A DNA stretch of 63,620 nt, counting the filler, from Choristocarpus tenellus KU-1152 (lineage: Eukaryota > Protista > Phaeophyceae), in the NCBI GenBank assembly GCA_964200185.2. It is 12 parts of 12 records of this genome, joined end to end, with 100 filler letters (N's around TTAATTAATTAA, not from the genome) between each part and the next. Parts side by side here need not be neighbours in the genome. Positions count along the whole stretch, not along the records: positions 12,234 to 16,575 come from CAXNAD020015018.1; positions 16,676 to 28,222 come from CAXNAD020002262.1; 10 more parts are not named here. One strand, 5' to 3'. The notes beneath the pieces are model-generated. The model saw nothing but the letters and a program-made list of their open reading frames with translations, did no database searches and had not been told where the DNA came from. A program made the position numbers and the translations under genes. Of this stretch, positions 12,277-22,855 are shown piece after piece (position 1 is the first letter of the stretch; each line of letters opens with the position of its first letter).

Positions 12277-15252
12277 GTTTATTTATGGTTCCTCTAAAAT
12301 CTACACAGAATCGAGGTGATCCATCTGGTTTGGCAACAATGGTAACAGTGGATGCCCATGGGCTAGATGAGGGTTTTATAATACCCTGTTTTTCCGTATC
12401 ATCAGTTACGCACTGTCGAATAGTGTCGCGTATTTTTGGTGCCGCGCGATACCGTGGTCTACTAACCGGTTTAGTGCCTGGTTGTAGTGGAAAGTTAACA
12501 GAAGTAGTGATGCAGCAACCTAATTCTTTTGCGGACAATGAAAAGACTGGTCTGAATTTAGCCACTATATCTAGTCATTCTTCTTGTTCAGAAAGTGTCA
12601 GCTGAGTATTTGTAAAAGCCTTCTTAGAAAAAACCAACTTCAATTCCTCCCTAGTCTGTTTCAGTTCTTCAGGGGTAGATGGTGTGGCTGCAACTGCACT
12701 TACGGTGGTGTCTGACAAGGTGTATGTTTTTGATACAGGGGAAACATAACCAACCACAAACTCTGCTGGTAACTTGATCCCATTTTGTGGAAGTTTGGCA
12801 ATTTTGATAGACATCCTTCATCTTCTTCCCAATCGGTGAGCGTTCGACTGACCATTATGTGTTGCCAGTGGGGATGTATGTCATGCTCTTGCTGGAGAGC
12901 TGTGCCAGTATAAATGATAGGTTCCACTACTGCATCAGTAGCTGTTCCTCGCAGTGCCTGAGAACAAACTGGAACAAGCGTTTCCGTGCCAGGGGGAAGG
13001 AATATCTTTTTTTACTGTATGTAATGGTGATAAATTCAGATGTGATTACTGAAATTGAAACATGGTATGCATTATGAGTCATGCAAAAATCTTTTGGGGG
13101 GGAACAGATGGGAAGGGGTACGATTTTGTGTCTTGCTGGGATGCATTGATCACTGTCTTTAAAATATATCTCCTCTCTATCCCAATTTAGCACTGCCCCA
13201 AATGCCGACATAATGCTGTTATCCAACAAAATTTTATCTACTCTCAGATGAGGTATGACCACTGCTTGGACCGGCATTGATATGTCAACAAGTTGTAGTG
13301 TAAATTGAATGAAACCAGTTACAGAGAGAGGTCTACCACCTGCTCCTTTTAAATTCAGAGCGCCTGCTGGAATCTCCTGAATGGGTGCCTTGCAAAGTTT
13401 TGGGCTTCAATGTATCTGAGAGATATTCTGGAACATGTCACCCACGCCCAAAAGAGGTTGTGGTGAAAAAGAAAGAGCAGATGCAACAGTTGTTACATGT
13501 CCTGCATGTGCCAAAGCCTGGTGTACTGACCTTGAATGATTAATGTGTGCGGGTCTTAGGTGCTATCTCTACCACATCTAAGTCTTCCCTAAACAAGTAC
13601 CGAGTATTTCTTCGAATTCCTATCCCTACAGCCTCCGGGGAAACATATTATGTAAGGCACCCTTATTTCTGCCCGGTCCTAGTTGGCTTTTCACCCAGTT
13701 CAGAGTGGTCTTGTTCATCATTCGAACTTGGTTGGCGCAGTATTAAAGAATCCACTAGGCGCACAGTCAATGCAGAAACCAAGCGATTGAGCAACTTCTC
13801 GGTATTCTGACAGGAGCGATCCCTCCTAGACGTAAGTTCCCGACATTTCCGTGAGGGGCGATAATTGTTGCCCTCAGGATTGACTCAGTAATCCTCTGTT
13901 GAATGTCCTGGCCTCGATCTCGTGTTACAGCCTTCAAAGTCGCAAACTGGGCGGGAATCATGGGGCTCGGGAAATGTTGAGGTGAGTGATCGCGGGGATT
14001 TTTCAGGCACGTGGGTGCGTCTCTTGGATTCTAGTTGGCGATTTTCGGTGTTAGCCCGGTCCAGATCGGCTGCGAGACCCTTTGCAACAGTCAACAACTG
14101 GCCAACATCGGAGAATCGTAGGCCTGTTGGGTGCAAATTCTCCAGGTTATCAACGGATATACTGGAGGGTCACAACATGGGCAAACGATCCTCTATACAG
14201 ACTCGACATGGCGAATGTTTGGCCGATAGCAGCAGCATCGACTAGCGTCGCGAAGTCCTCGTAACGTTGAGTATTCGAACGCAAAACCCCCAGAATGGCA
14301 GGTAACGCACAGATATTGAATGCACAGTATCTAAGACTGTCCATCAGCAGGGAAATCAGGGTAGCTGGGGTAAGGTCAACGGGGTCGAGGTCACATCTGT
14401 CGTGCGGGTTCACTCTCAACTCTCGTATAGAAGAATTAATGGACTCAATTACCCTTCTAGCAAACGCCCGAACATCCTCCTTCGGTTCTTGACGAATATC
14501 GATCATGTTGCGGAAAGTGCGGTCTAAGGGATTCGGCACGGAAAATTCTTTTAGGCTAGGAGTCACAAATTCTTCCCCTGAAGATACATTCAAAGTTTCA
14601 TAGAAGGATCGTACACTCGCTTGATCGGGACTGGTACCCCTAGGAATTTGGTGTTGGAATAGTCGCATACACGTATCTCTAAGTATTTTTTCGTAGTTAG
14701 GAGTGCGACTTGCTTCAACAGACGATCTATTCACGAGGGCAATAGTGCCCACTCAGTTATTGAAAATCGTGAGTAACTTCCCAAAGTTAGATACTGGAGG
14801 GCAACCTTGTTCCTGAATGTCCCAAAAACGCGTGGGGGGGAAATCGTTGTGCGAGAGATACTTGACAAAAAGAAAATTTCCTTGAGCATGGTCAGACACA
14901 GACGGTTTATTTGCCTCAGGGCACGAAGTGCTCATCTTCATGTTGAGGGTTTGAATGGTCACAGTCACTAAGCATTGGTCATGTGGAGTCTCTTCCATTG
15001 CTTCGTCCACAATCTTCTTGTTATAGATTAACTGGTAGTCCATATATGTTTCTATATTGAACGTCGCCCCCACACTGTCTTCACCCTTCTCTTCTCTGTC
15101 CTCTCCTAACACGTTGTACCGGTTCAGGGTCGAATTACGGGCAGGGCCTTCCCTCAGCAGTTGCTCCACCATCCCTTCCTGCCCTAGCGAGCCACCTAGA
15201 ATGCCTCTGTCTGCAGATGCAGACGTGGGACTCGGTTGAGGCTGGGCGTTTA
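12277..15252 (-). mobile_element. Decayed Ty3/Gypsy LTR retrotransposon: gag, zinc knuckle, aspartic protease, N-terminus of RT
   Basis: Gag-like ORFs 15172-14150 with one in-frame stop. Knuckle-like CDFEGCNTRSRPGHSTEDY at about 13950. Protease LKGAGGRPLSVTGFIQFTL...KILLDNSIM. RT start PVSRPRYR...GIIKPSSSPWASTVTIVAKPDGSPRFCVDFR. Multiple frameshifts. Confidence 0.92.
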
Positions 15253-15562
15253 TGTTACGGCACGCTCCAGAAGCTTACCTCCACAGGATGTATAAATCCA
15301 ATCTACAGGTCTATAGATGATACTGATGCACGTATAGGACTCCTGATGCACAAGTAGTCAAGTATGCCGGATCTCTCACTTGGGTTATCATCAATATCAT
15401 CCTATAAAAAGGAACTGGTCAACGATGTCTTATCACAATCGGGGACCGCAATGACCAAAAAGAATAAATATATAGTCAAGAAGTACAAATATATCAAAAT
15501 CTAGGACTTCAAGGTGATAATGGTGTTTATAAAACCGCCATCAAGACATATCGCCTGTAACA
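15253..15562. mobile_element. LTR (310 bp), family E
   Basis: TGTTAC...GTAACA termini. TATAAA and AATAAA on the + strand. Second copy at 31561-31877. Confidence 0.85.
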
Positions 15563-15871
15563 TGCCCCCCTAGCATGAAGCATAACTGCTTCGATGCAAT
15601 AAAGGGGCGATTGGACAAGGAAATATAATGTCACTCCTCATCCTATCGTGAACGCAGCAGAAATGAAATGGATGTCACTTCCAGGTCCTAACATACCAGT
15701 AGGCAGCGTTGGGGATCCAGCGGAGGAGGAAAACTGGAGGGAAAACCCCCTTCCAACGTTTGCCCTGACAACAGATATGTTAGCGCGATACTCGCACCTC
15801 ACGGCACTCACTCTGCATTTGACTCGAAGTTCAAAAGAAAAACTCCTACACTAGAGTCTCATACACACGTC

Positions 15872-16350
15872 AAAAGTAGGGTACTATCTTTAAGGACTCC
15901 ACCCCTTCCAAGCCAAACAAACACAAATACAGACACAAAACCATAGTAGCACTGAACTTGGGTATTGCCATAGACTCTCCCCCTTCAGAACTAAAACACA
16001 GGAACGACAGGACACCAAGACCATGACTCACTGTCACAAAAGAGATTGGGTGCTGCTGTCATGGAGAAAGGCTTACCCCTGCTAGGAACTATGAACATAT
16101 ACAAAAAAATCAAACGTCTTACAATAAAAAAAAATAGGGAGTATCTCAGCAAGTCTCTCCCTCTTTACAACTATCAACAAAAGTGCATACAGACACAAAA
16201 TTACAATAGCAATGAAATAGGGTACTGTTGTAGACTGTCACCCTTCACAACTTTAAACACAAACTATAGGAGACCAAGATAATATCTCACAGTCACAAAC
16301 AAAATTAAGGTGCTGCCAAATAAAGGCTTGCCCTACCTATGAACAAAGAA
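15872..16350. repeat. Two diverged tandem direct repeats of about 250 bp
   Basis: Shared anchors in the same order: TAGGG, ATACAGACACAAAA, GGGTA..TAGACT..CCCTTCA, ACCAAGA..CTCAC.GTCACAAA, GGTGCTGC, AAAGGCTT.CCC, CTATGAACA. Confidence 0.75.
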
Positions 16351-16371
16351 CTGTTACAGGCGCCCCTCAAT

Positions 16372-16575
16372 GAGTGAAAGTATCTTAGAGGGTACGAGTT
16401 TTGCCCTATTTGTCCATTTGGGGCTTTGCTTCGTAAAGGTTTTGTTATGACATTTTACTACTACGAAATGTTTAGGAGTAGGTAAAATGTGTACGTTATG
16501 AAAAGGTGTGTCCAGAACATGGATATTGACACTTCCTAACAAACATGATAGCCAAAATTACATCAAAATCGCAAC
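16372..16575 (+). mobile_element. MITE family C copy (truncated by contig end)
   Basis: Begins GAGTGAAAGTATCTTAGAGGGTACGAG; homologous to 45415-45695 and 54929-55185. Confidence 0.9.
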
Positions 16576-16675
16576 NNNNNNNNNNNNNNNNNNNNNNNNN
16601 NNNNNNNNNNNNNNNNNNNTTAATTAATTAANNNNNNNNNNNNNNNNNNNNNNNNNNNNNNNNNNNNNNNNNNNN

Positions 16676-16739
16676 AAAAGTTGTTTGACCGAAACGGACG
16701 CCCCCTCCCTACCCCCCCCCCCCCCAGATACTTTGACCC
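16676..16739 (+). mobile_element. MITE family B, partial right end
   Basis: TTGTTTGACCGAAAC.GACGCCCC...CCCAGATACTTTGACCC matches the right end of 55478-55651. Confidence 0.8.
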
Positions 16740-18478
16740 TCCTGCCATCCCCTACACAATGGATTCCTAAACAAAAATGCAATCCACTCTATTATAAGAG
16801 TCGCCCCGAGGTGATGGGCATATCGACAGGCATTTTGTTGGGCCTCAACCGGTAGGAACACCTTCCCATACACATGGAAACTTGATCCTTATCCTACATC
16901 AATGTATGCTGCCGTCCACTTCACCAATCCATACATCCACACCAACACCAAAGCAACAAGCCAACTGTAAACCTACAACCTGTAAGCCTCAGAACCACAA
17001 TGATTCATCCGTACCTACCACTTTTTTCCAGCATCGTTGGTCTGAACCAGTGCGCATCAGTATATTCTGATATCTTGACATAGCGGCCAAGGATATCAGA
17101 CAAGTATCAAAGTAGCCGTCACCTGACACCAAAACCTTACATTTCTCACACAACTTCTTGCAACTCCTGTTGTTGAGAAACTTAGTCCATGACCTACATT
17201 TTATGAACCAACAACTGACCTTGGAAAGGATACCCTTCTCATTTCCACACATAAACATGCTGAGCTAGACAACTGATACCATTAAAGCACTGAAGGAATG
17301 AATTGTGTGCATATATTTTGGCCACCCAGAACAGGTTGAAACAAGGAATACAGCTGCTGAGAATCACATGTAACAACAACTCTTGTCTTTGGCTTGACCC
17401 TCCCTAGTCAACAAAGAAAAATGGATAGCATTGTACCCTCTACGAATGTAATACAATGCTTCTGTTTGATGGATTCTGGTAAGGCAAAGCAATTGCAACA
17501 TACTAATACTAGTATGTACGTCTGCAGTAAGTGCCATGAATGTGGCTACTAGCCAGTAGTGTAACAACTCGTGCACAATCTCAAAGAGGTGCCTCCTCCC
17601 ATATGTTGGACATGTTGTCAAACAGAAGTTAAGGAAGCCACACGCAACCCTGCAGCATGCCATTCCATCACATCCAACATGCTCGCCCCTGAAACTACTG
17701 TGTATGACATACACAATACTAATTGAGAACACTATGAGTTTGCCATAGGCTATGCAATGTATCGTATGTTGTGAGTGAAATTCATCAACTTGTGCTTTTC
17801 ACAATACACTCAAATATCTTATGCAACCAGAAATATACATAGGAAAGACATCTTCTGCTCTAGGAAAAGTGTATCGTACACCACCCTCACCACACGTCTA
17901 TGGTTAATTCACACCTGCCACAGCAAGTCACCCTCCAAATGAAAAGCTATTCATGGTCAATGCCTGTCCCCATCTTGCACATTCTTCTGGCACAGCTGAG
18001 ACAAAAGAACACATACACACTAACTTCACCAACTACCTTCAAAGATGACAAAAAAAACTGAACGGTATCTATTTCTTGAGGTACTACATCTCTCATCCCT
18101 GCCAGAGACAGATACAGTGTGGCTCAGTGATCACTCCTAGCCAACACATACTCTCTCAACCACACTACATCGACATTAGTTGAAGAGCTTCCACCTATTA
18201 ATATTGCATGGAGGCAACACATAGAAAGGTACGGTTGACCGAAATTTTTCTCTCTGATGCCCTCTGACTACATGCTGTTCCCTCCTCTCATCACTAACCC
18301 CATAGTACTATTATGGACATTGCCAAACCAGCACCCCCACTTGCCTTCCAGAGCATCATGGAAGTTGTCCATTATCAATTCACAATTACTGCTTTATCTT
18401 TGGCAGTTCAATTCTTGCAGAAAGATTCCTGATACTGCACAGCAAAGACAGAAATTGGACATCTTCTAGCATATTGTA

Positions 18479-21400
18479 TCACTGCATGGGGTCCAAGAAC
18501 ACCCCAGCAGCAACAACAGCAGCAAAGGCGACACCAACGCCAGCAACGATGAGCTTGGTCTGCAGGGTGGGTAAATAAGCACAAGGGGAGCACAACAAAG
18601 AATTGATTCAGGCAGGGGCAAGGCAGGAGTGACTGCCACAAATAATATTCTTGCCTTCCATTGTCAAGTATCTCAACCGGCAAATTCTTTTGTTGATTGA
18701 CCAAGCAACCTCTACACAATTGATGACACACTAAGAAAAAGAATGGTAGTCACTGATGTCAACCTCAAGGACAGGCATCTCTTCATTTGGTATCACTTGG
18801 TCACGAAATTGAATAATCTGTACCTCATGCTGAACGAGCCTTACCTTGTGCATGTTACCTTGTATATGTTTGTATTCAATTGGTGTAGCTATAGGGCGTA
18901 ACACTGGCATAGCTCCATCACCTTTGTTTATCAGCACCCTTACTTCACTGGGGGTTGTCAAAAACTCCATGACCCCAAGCCATCAGTAAAAACTCAAAAT
19001 GCAAAAACAGGAGATGTAAGAAGGCCTTAAAACACAAGTGTTATTCGACTAAATTGCCAAGAGCTTTGATCCCACCCTTGAATGGTACAATGGAATGCCA
19101 GATCTCCATCCACCTACCTCACGCATGCAGTATATTAAGGGCACAGTGGCATCAGCGAGAGGCCTAGTTAGATGTGGGATTGAAGTTGTGCATTCACATT
19201 TCCCCAAACATTTCACAATGAATTGAAAGTGATGGCTTGCTACACCACATAGAGCATCATATGGCTCTTGGATCTGGGTAATTTTGACACACAAGTTTCC
19301 TTCCCACTCCAGCAACTTGGAATCACCCACAACATGTGGAAGGAGACAAGGTCCCCGTGACAATACATGTGCACTTTTCATCGGTGGTTTCATCCTTGCA
19401 TTGCAGGACAGGTATAGCTCCACTAGAGGTAAGGGGCAGCAACCACGGTGATGGCCTACCTCCTAGGAGTCGAATATCAATCACACCAGCTGCAAGTGGA
19501 CCAGCTTTGCACAATCTATTTAGTCTATTGCACACCAGTAGTTGCCAGTAGAAGAAATCAATTCATTTGGAGGGGTTAAGAACTCTTTGTGCACTTCTCA
19601 AGCGATACAAATGTCCCTGATATGAGGCAACAATACTCAAAAAGATCTGTTTCTCTTGCCATAGCAACCAACCCATTACAACTCATGAAGGGGAGGGAGA
19701 GAACTACAACACCAACTCATCAATGGTCAAACCTGCATGGCAGTTGAAGAAGATTCCAATTCAACCAATGCCTGGCACAGGTCATTTTTTACTCCACTTT
19801 CACTCATGTCAGATATGCGGTATACCCAGCGACCTTCTTCACCAGAATTTTCATCCACGAAAGAATAAACTCCTCCTTTACTCCTGCATACCCCCAGCAA
19901 AGGCCACCCCCAGATCAGCAAGAAATGGGATCAGGAAGGGGTTCAACAGTGATACAAAGTGAGAAGCAGTTACCTGAGATGAAGAGTTTGGAAAGGGGCT
20001 GAGAGGGGAAGGTAGGGGACAATAGTGTTGCAGGGTGACAGAATATTTACATGCTGATGAGGAATGTGTAAGGGGAAAAATAACCTTCATAGTGATCAAA
20101 TTTGTTACGGAAATGCTAGGAATGAGTTCTATCACATGCCCTGGAACAGTCAACGGAAAAGTTTACCAGTGCATGCTTCCATGGCTCAACTATACCCAAT
20201 TCGTCATCCATGCAACTCTTTAGGGGATGGGGCTAGTTCAGTGAAATAGGCACCTATTTGGCTGTTGTATTGGCCTTTTGTGTGTGCAAAAAACCTGGAA
20301 TTGATCTGACACACACCGCTCGATGAACTGGAACAGACAAAAAAGCATCCCATTCTGCCAGTACATACACTATTTTCGAATCCTAGGCCTCAAATCTTCT
20401 GTTCAGTTGCATTTTCTCAACTTACCCCTTGGAGTTGAGTGGAGGCCAATCTCGGAATGAAGCAATCTCAACCCACTCGTCAGTCTTTGCTGCTCTCCTA
20501 CTAACTATGAACCCCAAGTTTCCTGTCTCATCCCCAGTCCGCCAGATGAGCTCCACAGCATCACCAAGTTTCTTTGTCTGCAGGCCAAGCCCTGAGAGCT
20601 CCATCTTATAAGGGGGAATGGCACCAGAAGGAAAATGAAAAGGGCTTGCAATAGAGAGAATGGGCATCCAGCTAGAGATGGCGTCCAAGAAAAGATTGAA
20701 GGGGAACCTTAGCAACTGAAAACCTGAGAGGCCCACATGTGTTTGGTTCCAGCTGTCACCTTTTGTGGGTCCTTGGCCAGAGCTCCCTGCGCCTCTGGCA
20801 CAGCAGCAGCCTCAGCTGCCTTTCTTGCCTCTATGGAAGCCTGAACCTTGGCCAGATTCTGTATCAAAGTGAAGCAAATGGTAACAATGTAAACTCAGTA
20901 GGGTTGGAATCGGTATTGCCAAGTATGCATAGAGGGGAGTGTCACGATACTTGAGTGAGTGGGGTGGTCGTAAAGGCTTGAACAGGATTAAAGTTAAAGG
21001 CAGTCAAAGGAATAGTAAAAGGATGTCAAGGCAAGGTATTGAGGACAACTGTAGGCTCTCTATAGACATCCTCCACCTCCCTATTTTGAAGTGGCATTAC
21101 CCCCTTCTAGAGTTGGAGATGAAAGAGCTATGAAGATATGGCAGACTACTATTATACTCGATTATCATGCCTGCGTATTGTTACAAAAGACTAAAATAGA
21201 GCCCTTTGCTTGTGTCTCGATACGGAGCACCCGGCAAATATTTTAGTTGGGTCCTTTGTAACCACAGTTACTACAACAGTAGTAACTGATCCAAGAAAAC
21301 AACAATTAGCTTGACACAGGAAAACCTGCCGAACAAATAAATACATGGTGGGAAGTAGGCCGAAAAATCTCGCGATTCCTGAGACTCAGCCAATATACCA

Positions 21401-22383
21401 AATTCTACTGTTCTCGCTTCTGACTAGGAGCAGTGTCAAAAAATATTCTCGAGGGACAAGAGCGGGAAGTTGTATCACAGGGAGACGGTATGCGAGTCCA
21501 AGTCTGAGTAATGTATCGACTTTCAACGGGGAAACAAACTAACGACCACTGCCTCGACCAAGAATGAGATGGATTGGGAAGCAAAAGCCATGAATAATGC
21601 TGAAGAACGTCAAATAACCTATTTCAGGTCCATATATTTCAAAAATGCTGGCTAAACATGAATTGCAAAATCGAGGTTCACCTCGAAGCAAAATCGAGTT
21701 GTATCATCGATTGTGATCATGTTTGCCAACGACCCTGTATGTTGAGCACCATAAGAAAGCGAAATTCCAAACACTGCTTAGGGACTGATGGAAGAAATCA
21801 ACCCCACTTTTTCTCGCCTCTGGGTCGAAGGCGTCCACCATCCATGGGGCATAGGCGACCCCTTTATCGTTAAACATCCAAGTAGGAGCCTTTGTCTTCT
21901 TCCCCACTTCGGGTTCCTCCCCCACTCCTTCAACTCCCTCTTCAACCTCCTCTTCAACCTCCTCTTCAGCTGTCATGCGTAGCGCGGTAGAGGTCTGTAA
22001 GTGTGGGTCAAAAAGGTCAGTCGACAGAAGTTGGTGCAGTAAAACACAAGATTCGGTGAGCCTAGAGATTCAAGTAAAGGGTATACAAAAGCTTCGAGCT
22101 GCCAACAGAGAGGAGAAAATCGTCGCAGCCAGGAAACAGCAGTTGACAGACGTCGATAATATGCAGTCATTCGCACACACGGAGAATGTCATCAATGTTG
22201 AGACATAGCTGTCATCCTTTAAGGTGCCCTGTAGAGGAAACTTACCCTGACGACGTTGGGCGTGATGGCTCGTCCAATGGGGTTGCCTCTGGAGAAGCGG
22301 GCGGGTTGAATCGCAAACGCGGATGTCTCTAGAGGAGCCATCAGCACTGCTGCACTGAGCGCAAGGCTCATCCCACAGATCAT
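18479..22383 (-). CDS. Complete 6-exon gene for a plastid-targeted, C-terminally membrane-anchored protein of unknown function (about 274 aa) with a beta-sandwich/FN3-like domain. Exons: 22383-22246, 21994-21818, 20858-20760, 20604-20426, 19883-19733, 18559-18479
   Basis: All junction phases are compatible. Signal peptide MICGMSLALSAAVLMAPLETSA-FAI (ASAFAP-like), transit peptide ending TSTALRM, acidic stretch, YAPWM, VELIWRTGDETGNLGFIVSRR...GGVYSFVD...GRWVYRISD, then TM helix LIVAGVGVAFAAVVAAGVFLDPMQ*. Confidence 0.88.
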
Positions 22384-22855
22384 GATAGGGATATAAGATC
22401 AAGGCAAAAAGTGTGTGATGTTTCAAACGTCAGGACCTTCTCCCATTCCTTAGGGTTAGGGAACCCACCATCCAATATCGGCACATTACACAATTAGGTT
22501 ATACGATAGTCAAACCCCACCACAATAGGTTAAGGTCCTCCAAACTCTATGACAGGAGGCCTGGGGAAGGAGAAAGGTTCACCCTACTCAAACAAGATTA
22601 CGTCGCAATAGAAGAGCAATTTTGATAGGGTTGTGAAGAAAAAGTTGTTGTTGTTGTGGGTGAAAAGTCACCATTATCCTCAAGTCTGACCTGTGGCCGT
22701 AGATTTGTAATCTGGTGGTGATTATTGGGCAAAGATAAGTCCTTGTATTTTTCCTTTTGTCCTATCACCTCGTTCAATCTTTTGCATAGCTGAGAGAGAG
22801 GTGTCGTAAGAGACGCAGCTTCGAGAAGGTTGCTGACATCGTTGCTTGGTTCAAC
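22384..22855. promoter_or_regulatory. Putative bidirectional promoter (472 bp between divergent ATGs)
   Basis: Position between two start codons on one contig; contains TTAGGGTTAGGG (22450-22461) and CCAAT. Confidence 0.6.

Noticed and set aside
14753-14755. In-frame TGA in gag as programmed readthrough
   Set aside because: The element has many other stops and frameshifts, so decay is the simpler explanation.
16950-17750. Possible hAT transposase remnant
   Set aside because: Motifs too degenerate to support a call without a search.
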